64,000 bases of DNA, from contig CM000433.1 of assembly GCA_000165345.1 (NCBI GenBank), positions 480,001 to 544,000 on the forward strand, read 5' to 3'. A program made the translations under genes and the position numbers. Below, in pieces: positions 21,946 to 31,960 of this stretch (within the stretch, counting starts at the first letter, position 1; each line of letters begins with the position of its first letter). The notes beneath the pieces were generated by a model. That model ran no database searches. It was not told the origin of the DNA and saw only the letters and a program-made list of their open reading frames with translations.

Positions 21946-23133
21946 TCAAATGGTTTTTGAGTGAACAATATTAGGACCTTCCTCCATAAATTCTTGCTTA
22001 GAAATCCAAATGGTTTTAAATGTAGCTAAAGACCCTAAAATAGATCCTCCTATCCAAGGCAACAGGTTTCTGTCGCTAGATGCATTAATTCGGATCTTAA
22101 CATCTTTAGGAAGGGCTTTTCTAAGTTCAAAAAGAAGTCGATCTCCAAGTCCTGGAAACATAGTTGACCCTCCAGCTAATACTATTTGAGATGCAAGAGA
22201 TCTTCGTATTTCCAAATCGCACTTGTTAATTGTATGAGTCAGAACTTCATGAATCCCTGGATACTCATATCCAATTAAGCTAGGCTGGAAAAGAAGTTCC
22301 GGCGCTCTAAATCTTTCTTTGCCCAAGTAAATTACTTGACCGTCTGGAAGTTTATAAGGATAGCCCGAAGCTACTCTATTACCGGAACTTGTAACAGCAT
22401 CAAAGGTTGAATTCCCCATTTGGTTCTCATCATTTTCATCTTTCTGAATATTAGAAGAGACAAAACAAGCTGTTTCTTTAATATCTTTAACAATTTCCAT
22501 TTCAGATTTAGTATGGAATACTGTCCCTGCAATTCTAAGCTGTAAATTAAGATACTCAGTAATATTTCGACCAGCAATTTCACTTCTAGTGATTGCATTA
22601 CTTAGAGCAAAGCCTTGATATATTGGTACAGCATGAGTCACTCCATCCCCACTGTCTAAGACAACTCCGGTTGTTCTTCCTGAAGAGTAAAGTGATAAAA
22701 CTGCCTGAGTCGAGATAAATAATGCAGGCACTCTATAAACCTCAAAAAATACTTCTGCCATTTTCTCTCTATGTTTTCGTGGGTTTAAAGCTGCTTCTGT
22801 TAGTAATACTGGATGATCCTCCGATGAAGTTTTCATTTCAGAGAAACAATAGGTCCAGAGAGCTTCCATATCATACCAGTCGGTAATAATTCCATTTGTA
22901 ATTGGATGAGAAATTGACAAAATTCCTCTATTTTCTGTGCACTTACTTCCCACAAAAATATCCCCTTCTAATGCTCCTGCCATGCATCTCTTGTACTTTG
23001 GGCGTCCTACATAACTATTCACAATCACTCTTGGAGCTTCTTCTCCTGCAAATCCACACTTAATCGTGCCAGAACCGTTATCTATGATAGCCGGCTGGCT
23101 TGTGATTACATCATCATAATGTAATGTTGCCAT
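21946..23133 (-). CDS. ARP1: actin-related protein Arp1 (centractin-like)
   Basis: ATG is confirmed (cat at 23131-23133). [48 protein letters not shown] matches centractin [47 protein letters not shown]. An actin-fold C-terminus is present. Confidence 0.75.
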   Translation of the reverse strand: MATLHYDDVITSQPAIIDNGSGTIKCGFAGEEAPRVIVNSYVGRPKYKRCMAGALEGDIFVGSKCTENRGILSISHPITNGIITDWYDMEALWTYCFSEMKTSSEDHPVLLTEAALNPRKHREKMAEVFFEVYRVPALFISTQAVLSLYSSGRTTGVVLDSGDGVTHAVPIYQGFALSNAITRSEIAGRNITEYLNLQLRIAGTVFHTKSEMEIVKDIKETACFVSSNIQKDENDENQMGNSTFDAVTSSGNRVASGYPYKLPDGQVIYLGKERFRAPELLFQPSLIGYEYPGIHEVLTHTINKCDLEIRRSLASQIVLAGGSTMFPGLGDRLLFELRKALPKDVKIRINASSDRNLLPWIGGSILGSLATFKTIWISKQEFMEEGPNIVHSKTI

Positions 23134-23957
23134 TATTCCAAGTATTTAAAGTTAACTTTTTTAGTGTTTGAGGATGATTACTATTTCATGCATATAATCA
23201 TACATGAATTAATTAATCAAAGCTTTTAAATTTAATTTCAGGGCTATTTACAGTTTCATTCAAATTTGGCTTGCTCAATTTTATGAATGTCTAAATCCTA
23301 TTTCTGAGTATTTACTTCCAAGACTTTTTTTTTTTAATAGGGTTTCAAATAGAGTAATAAATAATTGTATTTAATCAAAATTCTTATACTGAAAAAAATT
23401 CCTAAATTAATGCAAGGTTTACTTTGTCAATTCCTTCTGCATATAGTATTTTTCAAGTATTAAGAATAAACATCCAAATAATTCCGAAATAACTATCTTA
23501 TGAAGAAATGAATAATAAAAATTAGCGAAGCAATTTTTTGAACTATTTTTTATTACATGCGCAAAATTATAATGAACCCCACACGGCGCGCGTTGACACG
23601 TGTAATTACAAAATTTTTTATTTTAAAAACTTGCAACGCCGGTATAGGAAGGAAATAAATGTGGAAATAAAGTAAATTAAAATTTTCTTTTTTTTTTTTT
23701 TTTTTTTTTAATTTATTAAAAACAAAATAAATAAATAATTAATTATAGTAAATTTATTTTTTAATAAATTAACTACGAGGGCAAGACATTTCAAAGGAAA
23801 TAAATCCTCGTTTCTATAATTTTCAACACATACAAAGAAATTCTGGAGAATAATTTAACACCAAATTTAAAGTAAAATGGATTTATGAGAATTTGTTCAT
23901 GCTCTTAGAATAAAAGGTAACATTAGATGATTTTAAAGTTATATTAATGGAGTTATA

Positions 23958-25532
23958 ATGGATAGCAACTTTTTGGAAAAAACGGAAGATATGGGTGGAG
24001 AATTAAATTGTATTTTTAGAAAAATCAAATTTGATATCCCTACAGAATGTGAGGAAAATAAATCAGATTGTGTATTCATAAAAAGTCAAACTTTTAACAT
24101 ATTAAATTCTCCATGCCAATCCCCAATTTTCTTAATTTTGAAACCAGAAATACCCAAAGAATCAGAAGAAATCAATCAGCCAGACCGTAATTATGCAAAC
24201 TACAGTGTGAGCATTTCTATTAAAGTTAGTCCTATTCTTCAAAATGATAATAAACTATCGGCTTTATCAGAAAGTTTGCAAGGAGTTATATCTAAAAGTG
24301 GAGATAACACCTCGGAGAACTTCACACTCTTCAATGATGACGAAAATTCAGGTAATTACAATTCAAGAAATATTACAACTGGTTCAACACCTGTTGTTAA
24401 TGACAAAATACAGATATCAGATAAGTATCCCTTTGATGTTGAAGAAGTTTCTGTACATTTTATGGGTGAAACGAGCGATCGATCTATACAAGAAAAAAAA
24501 TTGGAAAGTAAACTAACCAAAAGACTTTCTACTATAAAATCCAGTATTAAAAGACAGCTTACAAACAACAGGTACGTTGATATATGCAGAAATCCAGAAT
24601 GGCCATTCATTAAACAAACGAGCAAAGTCTTTTCAAAGAATGAGCAAGCAGGACTTAAGTCTCAAAGAGGCAGAGAAATTATTCAAAAAGGAACAGAAAT
24701 TGACTCGAGTACTGAAGATAAAGATTTAAACTTAGCTTCAAAGAGTTCCTCTAGAGGTAGGACCAGGCAATGGTTGGAATCACTTTCAACTTTATTTGAT
24801 GGAGTGTACACACAAAGAAGCACTTTAGGACGTAGTGCTGGTTTGGGACTTTTTTCAGATCGCCATTTCCGGAAAAACGATATTATCACGGAATTTGTTG
24901 GATGGGTTATTGATCGTAAGGAAGCTCTTAGACTTAGATCTGAAGGAAAAGCCACGCATATATGTGATTTGGTAAAGCCGAGCCTATATTTAGATGGTGA
25001 GAAGGATCCAAAACCATATATTGGTGGAGGTTCTTTTGCTAACGATGGAAGCGCATTTTTGGGAGGGCCTGGGAACAACTCCAGATTTTGGAAGTGGTAT
25101 GACGAAAGAGAAGGTAGATCTAGAGTTTTTCTCAAAGCAACACAAGATATTCAACCTGGTGAAGAGATTTTTGTTGGATATTGTAAGGATTATTGGGTTG
25201 ATTTTGCGGAGAAAGACTCCACCAGCTTAAGCAACAAAACTCATCATGTTAGTTTAGCTCCAAGAAAGCCAAACAAAACTATTCCAGGCGGCAAAAAGAG
25301 AGGCAGGAAACGATCTATCAAAGTATTTGAACCTATCGATAATGTAGAGATGATAGATTCTAATCTAACTGATGATGGAAAATGCTCTTTAGAGTTTGTT
25401 CATGAAATGTATTTGAGCCCTTCAATGAGTGAAATTCAAGACGAAGCTGAATCAAAAAGGAAAAGAAAATCTCTATATTGGGATACTGTATTCAACTGGT
25501 CCACTTCAGATGATGATGAAGGTGATAAGTGA
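23958..25532 (+). CDS. SET-domain protein, a putative protein-lysine methyltransferase
   Basis: ATG is at 23958. The C-terminal region has GLGLFSDRHFRKNDIITEFVGWVI, YIGGGSFANDGS (in the NHSCxPN position) and VFLKATQDIQPGEEIFVGY (in the EELxxDY position). The N-terminal half is low-complexity. Confidence 0.5.
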   Translation: MDSNFLEKTEDMGGELNCIFRKIKFDIPTECEENKSDCVFIKSQTFNILNSPCQSPIFLILKPEIPKESEEINQPDRNYANYSVSISIKVSPILQNDNKLSALSESLQGVISKSGDNTSENFTLFNDDENSGNYNSRNITTGSTPVVNDKIQISDKYPFDVEEVSVHFMGETSDRSIQEKKLESKLTKRLSTIKSSIKRQLTNNRYVDICRNPEWPFIKQTSKVFSKNEQAGLKSQRGREIIQKGTEIDSSTEDKDLNLASKSSSRGRTRQWLESLSTLFDGVYTQRSTLGRSAGLGLFSDRHFRKNDIITEFVGWVIDRKEALRLRSEGKATHICDLVKPSLYLDGEKDPKPYIGGGSFANDGSAFLGGPGNNSRFWKWYDEREGRSRVFLKATQDIQPGEEIFVGYCKDYWVDFAEKDSTSLSNKTHHVSLAPRKPNKTIPGGKKRGRKRSIKVFEPIDNVEMIDSNLTDDGKCSLEFVHEMYLSPSMSEIQDEAESKRKRKSLYWDTVFNWSTSDDDEGDK

Positions 25533-25795
25533 GCTTCTGCTAGCAAATTACTAAAAGCTTACTGGATTCAGGTCATATACTATTTATACTTACATCTATC
25601 CTTAATATACTACCCTTGCAAGTATTTCAGTTTTAAAAATGGTGAATAAACATGCATAGAGAATGCCTCAAAATATATAAATTATATTTAATTATAGATA
25701 CCTTTTTAGATCTACAATATATGATATGATTTGCGCCATTAAATATGGTAAATTGGTACTTTTTCCTAAAACGACTTAAAAATATATAATAACAT

Positions 25796-26062
25796 TTAAT
25801 TCTTAGAATTTTCTTTTATTGCTTCATTTTTTTTATTGATTGAACCTTTGTAATTTATACTCTTGTCTACACTTGGATCTAATGTAGTGAATGACTTTAG
25901 ATCCAGCAGATTCTTTTCTGCAAGCTCCTTGTTTAGACATTGTTCATATATTTTCCACTCATTCACACAGAGACTGCCAAACTCTCCAGTAAGTAATCCA
26001 TTATTCAACCACTCTTTAAAGCAATCTTCAAATTTTTTTTTCTCTTCAATACAAGTTTCCAT
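25796..26062 (-). CDS. TRIAP1: TRIAP1/Mdm35-family twin-Cx9C (CHCH) protein
   Basis: The ORF-track start at 26083 is TTG; the first ATG is at 26060-26062 (METCIEEKKKFEDCFKEW...). The protein has two Cx9C motifs, C-IEEKKKFED-C and C-VNEWKIYEQ-C. This matches TRIAP1 ACTDMKREYDQCFNRWF...PCTDLFKRYQQCV. Confidence 0.65.
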   Translation of the reverse strand: METCIEEKKKFEDCFKEWLNNGLLTGEFGSLCVNEWKIYEQCLNKELAEKNLLDLKSFTTLDPSVDKSINYKGSINKKNEAIKENSKN

Positions 26063-26249
26063 GTCTACGGTAAAGTCATTCAATAATAGTTACACAATGC
26101 TAATAATAAATTATCTAGATTAGAAATTGAGTGGCATATAATACTTAAAAATTCAGAATGTGAAATCTCCCAATATTATAATTTTTGATTTTCTGCCACG
26201 TGCTTAAATTCTATGCCAGATTTTATTTATTTTTTAATATTAAAATATT

Positions 26250-26261
26250 ATTTTGGCGGGA
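26250..26261. promoter_or_regulatory. E2F-like G-box TTTTGGCGGGAA in the divergent TRIAP1/USP39 intergenic region
   Basis: TTTGGCGGGAA resembles the canonical E2F TTTSGCGC consensus. It lies 83 bp upstream of the USP39 ATG. Confidence 0.5.
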
Positions 26262-26343
26262 ACTTGTAAATTTAATTTTACCAGGAGATCTAGTTAACTA
26301 TAAGAAAGCTGGAAAAGGATAATAAAAAGTAGTTCTTGGAGTA

Positions 26344-27840
26344 ATGGGTGACCACTCTGAGAAGGATGGAGAGAGATGCCCGTACTTATCTAGCATTAAA
26401 AGAAGTGTGTTAGACTTTGACTATGAGAAAATCTGCAGCGTGACATTAAGGGAGGAACATATATACTGTTGTCTAGTATGTGGAATAAATTACCAGGGGA
26501 AAGGAAAGGGTTCTATGGCATATAAGCACTCTCTGGAACTAAAACACCATTTATTTATTAATTTAACTAACTCAAGCATAATTTGTCTTCCAAACGATTA
26601 CGAGATTTATGAACATTCTCTTGAAGATATTAAAGGATACCTACAGCCAAGATTTAATTCTGAGATCATCTCCTCATCGCTATATGACGTGTCAAGAACT
26701 TTTGATGGGATTGAGTTTTCTCCAGGATTTATTGGTTTGAGTAATTTTGGTAATAATGACTCTTTAAATTCAATCATTTTAATACTATCTCGAATCACTG
26801 AATTTAGAGACTTATGTCTTAGTTACCAGCTTTATAGCAAGGAAATTGAGAAAAGAATTCCAGATCCACTCTTATTCAGTATCATTGAGTCGATTCAAAA
26901 AATCTATAATCCAAATAATCTTAAAGGGAAATTTTCTCCATATAACCTTGTAAAAATTATAGAGAAGAAATCTAATGGAAAATTTTCATTTTCAAAAATA
27001 TCCAATATTTCAACGTCTTCTAATTCATTCATACAATCAAATGTTGGTACCCAAAACTCAACAATTATTGATCCAATGGCACTATTTTCTTGGATAACAT
27101 ATAATTTAAAGAAAAAGATTGATAAATATCTCAGAAAATTTCAAATTAAATTCATTCCAGATATTGATAAGAATACTAATAAATCCAATATGAATATTTT
27201 TGATGTATGCATTAAGGGAGAACTATATAACAAAGCCAGTAAATATCCAAATAACAAAAAATCTGAATCTAGTACAGATAATTTAATGAAATCTAAAAAA
27301 TGTTCTGAATTAAAATCTACTGCAAGTATTTGTTTTAACTGCCTATCCCTAACTCTACCTTCAATTATTGAAACTACAATGGGTATATCAAATAGTGCTC
27401 AAAGTAATGAAGATAAGACAATTTCCCAGATACCAATATATCAGCTACTAGACTCCAAGTTCTTCTCTTCCTCTTCTAGTTCCCAATTAATATCGAAACT
27501 ACCTTATTACTTATTTATTCATTTTTCCAGATTTTCAAAGGCTAATTTAAATCTGGAAAAAAACAAAACTTTGGTTTCTTTCCCACTTATAGACTTAGAT
27601 CTTTCTTCATATATTCATCCAGATTATATTTCATTGAACCCATGCACTAAATATAACTTAATTGCTAATATATCTCATAAAGGTACAATTCAAAGTGGAA
27701 AATTCCTAACTCAACTCTTGCATCCTACTAGAAACGAATGGATTGAAATTGAGGATATCAATGTCAAGGTCGTTCTTCCTCAGGAAATACTTCTTAACGA
27801 AACTTATATAATCGTTTATAAGAGATCTGACTTAATTTAA
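26344..27840 (+). CDS. USP39: U4/U6.U5 tri-snRNP protein USP39/Sad1 (zf-UBP plus inactive UCH domain)
   Basis: CPYLSSIKRSVLDFDYEKICSVTLREEHIYCCLVCGINYQGKGKGSMAYKHSLELKHHLFINL...ICLPNDYEIYEHSLEDI is collinear with human USP39 CPYLDTINRSVLDFDFEKLCSISLS...ACLVCGKYFQGRG. The C-terminus ...YIIVYKR is UCH-like. Confidence 0.8.
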   Translation: MGDHSEKDGERCPYLSSIKRSVLDFDYEKICSVTLREEHIYCCLVCGINYQGKGKGSMAYKHSLELKHHLFINLTNSSIICLPNDYEIYEHSLEDIKGYLQPRFNSEIISSSLYDVSRTFDGIEFSPGFIGLSNFGNNDSLNSIILILSRITEFRDLCLSYQLYSKEIEKRIPDPLLFSIIESIQKIYNPNNLKGKFSPYNLVKIIEKKSNGKFSFSKISNISTSSNSFIQSNVGTQNSTIIDPMALFSWITYNLKKKIDKYLRKFQIKFIPDIDKNTNKSNMNIFDVCIKGELYNKASKYPNNKKSESSTDNLMKSKKCSELKSTASICFNCLSLTLPSIIETTMGISNSAQSNEDKTISQIPIYQLLDSKFFSSSSSSQLISKLPYYLFIHFSRFSKANLNLEKNKTLVSFPLIDLDLSSYIHPDYISLNPCTKYNLIANISHKGTIQSGKFLTQLLHPTRNEWIEIEDINVKVVLPQEILLNETYIIVYKRSDLI

Positions 27841-28219
27841 AGTAATTCCAGTCATTTCTCATATTATTAATTACATGGCTTTGCCGCTCAACTGAATAAC
27901 ACTGCAATTATTACCCGCCAAATTTAGCATATAATGATTTATGTAGAGTGAAAGATTTAATATATCAATAGGATATTTAAGCAGATAAAACTTACTTAGG
28001 TGAAATTGAGTAACTTTTAGTATAGTTTGTGATAGATCTAACTTTAAATTGTTTGGGTAATTTTTTTTTGCTTATTATTGCATGTTACCTTTATTTTATT
28101 CATCATGTATTAATTCTCAACTCAATTTAATGAGACTAAGGCGCGCAAAAATGTGATTTTTTTTTTTTCTAACTGAAGAATGAAATACTAATAATACTAG
28201 ATATAATATTAATGTAAAT

Positions 28220-28933
28220 ATGGAAGAATTAGCAAAGAGAAAGGGTGAAATAGAGAAGGAGGTAAGTGAATTAACGGAGTTCTTGAATTCATGTGGTCCA
28301 GATGTTGGTATTTCTGGAAAGCTTGTAGATAGTGAGGGGTTTCCAAGGTCAGATATAGATATATATGCAGTAAGAAGAGCAAGAAATAGGATTGCATTAT
28401 TAAACACTGATTATTCGAATGTTATGAAAGAAATTGAAGAAAAACTATTTGATATTCATAGCAAAGAGAAGACTTATGTTCCAATTAATAAGTCAGAAAA
28501 AAGCCAAAGATGCAATGCTTCAGAATGTCTAAATTATCCATTTGGATATGTAAATAGTGTTTTGGAAGGATCACCAGCATTTCAAAGTGGTATAAGGACA
28601 GGAGATTTATTATTGGAATTTGGAAGCCTTAAATCAGAATCCGAGTTACATTCACAAGAAGAATCAAAACATCTGATAGGTCAATTGCCGGGGATTGTAC
28701 AAGATAATTTAGATAAATCAATCAAAGTTACTCTATTAAGAAGCAATAGCAAACAACCTGAGGAACTTCTTTCCGAGTTTTCAACATTTATAGATAATTC
28801 TAACTTAAGCTATAAAGACCTAAATTTACTTGAATTCGAGAAAAAGAGTATCGATCTAGTTCCCAAAAAATGGCAAGGAAAAGGTTATTTGGGATGTAAT
28901 ATAGCGTTCTTACACAAGTTTGTAGAAAAATAG
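28220..28933 (+). CDS. PSMD9: 26S proteasome regulatory subunit p27 (PSMD9/Nas2), an assembly chaperone with a PDZ domain
   Basis: LVDSEGFPRSDIDIYAVRRARNRIALLNTDYSNVMKEIEEKL matches PSMD9 [40 protein letters not shown]. A PDZ-like segment NSVLEGSPAFQSGIRTGDLLLEFG is present. Confidence 0.75.
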   Translation: MEELAKRKGEIEKEVSELTEFLNSCGPDVGISGKLVDSEGFPRSDIDIYAVRRARNRIALLNTDYSNVMKEIEEKLFDIHSKEKTYVPINKSEKSQRCNASECLNYPFGYVNSVLEGSPAFQSGIRTGDLLLEFGSLKSESELHSQEESKHLIGQLPGIVQDNLDKSIKVTLLRSNSKQPEELLSEFSTFIDNSNLSYKDLNLLEFEKKSIDLVPKKWQGKGYLGCNIAFLHKFVEK

Positions 28934-29046
28934 AAATATGTGTAGGCAAGATAATAAGGTCTTAAACAACAATACTATAGTTAACTAACAATTCTAGTGT
29001 CATTGTTGAATCAAAATCGTTCTCCTTTAACTTATTTAAAGTAAAT

Positions 29047-29415
29047 TTAGTCGAACAATGAGAAACCTAAATCACCTTCTTCTTCCTCCTCTTCTTCCTT
29101 CTTCTTCTTGTCATCAGCAGCAGCAGAGGCTCCAGAATCTTGAGCAGCACCTGCACCTGCACCACCAGCAACTGGTACAGCAACGGAAGCAGCTCCACAG
29201 CCTGCTACGATGTCACTGACGTTAGTAGTGGACAAAGCCTGAGCGAACAAACCTGGGAAGTATGGCTCAACGCTTCCGCCAGCTGCAGAGATAATCTTCT
29301 TGATGTTTTCAGATGTAACTGGAACGCCACCGTCGGATAAAACCAAAGCTGCATAAGAGCAGATTAACTCTTGAACCTGAGATTGTGGTAATTCATTCAT
29401 TGAAACAGCTGCCAT
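29047..29415 (-). CDS. RPLP1: 60S acidic ribosomal stalk protein P1
   Basis: MAAVSMNELPQSQVQELICSYAALVLSDGGVPVT...VEPYFPGLFAQAL...KKEEEEEEEGDLGFSLFD. The terminal EE..D.GF.LFD is the stalk-protein signature. Confidence 0.85.
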   Translation of the reverse strand: MAAVSMNELPQSQVQELICSYAALVLSDGGVPVTSENIKKIISAAGGSVEPYFPGLFAQALSTTNVSDIVAGCGAASVAVPVAGGAGAGAAQDSGASAAADDKKKKEEEEEEEGDLGFSLFD

Positions 29416-29952
29416 CTTGGATTATTAAGTTAACCAACAAAGCGTTTTAAGCTATTTTTAAACTAGGTCTTTTTTATCAACTAATTAAGACTATAAAGAT
29501 CTTAACTTTGAATTTTAAGTGTCCTGGTTAAATGGCAACCTATACGTAATTTTTTTTTAATAGTAACTTTAATAAATAATTATTACTATTTAATTAAGTA
29601 CTATACTTAATCTATATAAGAGACGCCTTTTTTATATTGAAGTTTTAAAAATTAACTTTTTTTCTATATCAATATATATTTCATTATTTTAGGCGTCTCG
29701 CTCATTTTACCGCGTAATTTTTTAACATGAAATTTACTAAAAAGTTTGGCGCAATATTTTGGGGTAGCCCAAATGTTAAATATAAATAGAGCATGCAAAA
29801 AACAGCTTAACTATTAAACGCGCAAAATAAGTGGAAAAAAAGGGGAGAAATAGTTAAAATGATATTAAGCGTTTATATGAAATTAGAATAAAAAATAAAA
29901 ACTGAAAATATACACATGTTTGATATGTTAACAAATATATATAGTGAGAGAA

Positions 29953-31038
29953 TTATTTTTTTTTATTTGATGTTCTACGGCTCAACAAGGCTTGAGCCTC
30001 AATAAGTTCAACCTTTAATTCGTTAATTAGCTTAGAATCTCCTGGTGAATCAGCTTCTAATGTTTTTATTTGACTTTCTAGAGCTGTAACTAGTAGTTCA
30101 TAAAGTTTGCTTTCCTCCATTTTAATTAAATTTGAATAACATGGCTTGTTTTCTTTGGGTCTTAAATCATGGGCATTACCCTTTGAGTCTCTGAAAACAC
30201 CAATATACTCAGATAGCTGGTAAACCTTTGAAAATCCATCTTCATCAACATCAGGAGCTTCTTCCCAATCATCGATAGAAACGAGCCTTAGATTTCTTTC
30301 CTTAAGTAGTGCTTGGTAATCAGTATCTGGTGGAGGCCAATCTGGGAGTGCATGCCACCATCTACATAAAATGGCAGCAACTAATATTTGCTTATGGTCA
30401 CGATCTCTTCGAGGAACATAAGCAGTATTTTCTTCTTCGTCAGAAGAACAGTCTTGAGAATTCGGATCTTTTTCTACAGAAACTCGCTTCTTTTTAACAA
30501 CAGATTTTGTTTTATTTCCAGTATTACCTTTTGCCTTAGATTTAGTTTTAGAACCTACATTAGATTTAGACTTAGTAGAAGCTTTTTTACTTGTTGAAGT
30601 TCCTTTTTTTTGCTTGTTTTCACTTTTAATTTGCTTTGATATAACTGGAGTACCATTTTCAGTTTTAACTAATTTTCTTCTACCTCTTGTAGACAAAGAA
30701 GAATCTGATTCATCATCGGATTCGTTGTCTGACGACTTATTATCTGATTCATCCTCAGATGTTGTATAATTTGATGGTTGTGATTGAAAATTACTAGCCG
30801 ACTCTTCGCTCTCATCTCCTGAAGATTTGCAGCCATCACTACTATCAGAACTGAGAACCCTTTTTGACCTTGTAGATTTGTTAACCATAATTTGTGGGGT
30901 AGATTCTCTTGATGAAACATCAGCATTTTCTTTTATGCTAACTTCTAATTGTTTGATGGGGGTTTCTTCATCATCGGAAGATAGTCGCCTCTTCCTTCCG
31001 GAAACCCCAGCATTCAACCCCATAGCACTATCATCCAT
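29953..31038 (-). CDS. hypothetical nuclear protein. It has an N-terminal S/K/D/E-rich region and a conserved Trp-rich C-terminal domain.
   Basis: The start is ATG (cat at 31036-31038). The product is 361 aa. The basic/acidic serine-rich stretch has KKRV motifs. The C-terminal ILCRWWHALPDWPPPDTDYQALLKERNLRLV...LRPKENKPCY looks conserved, but I cannot name the family. Confidence 0.5.
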   Translation of the reverse strand: MDDSAMGLNAGVSGRKRRLSSDDEETPIKQLEVSIKENADVSSRESTPQIMVNKSTRSKRVLSSDSSDGCKSSGDESEESASNFQSQPSNYTTSEDESDNKSSDNESDDESDSSLSTRGRRKLVKTENGTPVISKQIKSENKQKKGTSTSKKASTKSKSNVGSKTKSKAKGNTGNKTKSVVKKKRVSVEKDPNSQDCSSDEEENTAYVPRRDRDHKQILVAAILCRWWHALPDWPPPDTDYQALLKERNLRLVSIDDWEEAPDVDEDGFSKVYQLSEYIGVFRDSKGNAHDLRPKENKPCYSNLIKMEESKLYELLVTALESQIKTLEADSPGDSKLINELKVELIEAQALLSRRTSNKKK

Positions 31039-31457
31039 ATTGATACTTTCCCAATCCTCTTGTTATTTTAATTTTTTCACCCAAATTAACTTATTACCTT
31101 AACAGATTACATAAAATTCTTATTCTAAAAACTGCGCGCCAACACTAGCAACTTTTTGTTTAGCATACGTATTAAAAAAATTGATTAATAGATAAAAATT
31201 GCACTTTTCATCTAATTTGAATATAAACCATGTTATTGTTATTATTAATATTATTTAATAATCGGTGTTGATTATAGAAATATTCAAGTTATTAAAAATA
31301 ATTATTCATCCTTTAAAGTTGAATTTTCAGTTTATTTTTTGAATTTAATGCATTGATTTTTTATACTAGTTAATAAATATATTACTTATAATATTGAATT
31401 ATCAATTAGAATATTTTGTATGCACCAGTATATTTAATTTTTAGTATTTAATAAAGA

Positions 31458-31500
31458 TTATAAATTTGCATGCATTGCAAAAGCGCATGCAAATTTATAA
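31458..31500. promoter_or_regulatory. perfect 16-bp inverted repeat with an 11-bp spacer, each arm containing GCATGC
   Basis: The sequence is TTATAAATTTGCATGC-attgcaaaagc-GCATGCAAATTTATAA. It sits in the divergent intergenic region between 29953..31038(-) and TRM6(+). Confidence 0.6.
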
Positions 31501-31827
31501 ATTTTCTATAGAGTCCCTATGATTGTAATTTATCATTATTATTTGTATTACTATAGTAATTTTTGCAGCTTAGAAATTACGAATTAATGAGACTTTAATA
31601 AGTGATGTGGTTTTTCAAAAAAAAAATAGCATGATATTTAACAACTAATACAAGTTAAATCCTTAGAGTTTTAATATTTTTAATTTTGTTTTAAATAAAT
31701 ACGCTTTGTTTCAATTATGCTCCGACTTTTTTATTTACCTTTTTTAGTAGTAACTTTCTCTTAGATCTTAATTTACTATTTGTAAGATAGCCAAATAAAA
31801 ATTTTGATATTAAAAAAAAAATAAGTT

Positions 31828-31840
31828 GATTTGGCGCCAG
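31828..31840. promoter_or_regulatory. E2F-like box ATTTGGCGCCAGA about 120 bp upstream of TRM6
   Basis: A TTTGGCGCC core. The same motif class recurs upstream of most genes in the window. Confidence 0.5.
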
Positions 31841-31960
31841 ACTCTGGCAATACAATTGAGTGTTGGTCAAAAAAAACCATAAAGGTGGAGAAAAAAAATC
31901 GAAAGTAAATATTGTGAAAAACAAGAATTTTGATTTGAAAGAGTCGAGTGTTTTCTGGAT

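Noticed and set aside
24244-25230. ORFs 24244-24516, 24356-24625, 24683-25135 and 24994-25230 overlapping the SET-domain gene
   Set aside because: They are internal alternative-frame or antisense ORFs of less than 150 aa inside a longer ORF that has a recognisable domain.
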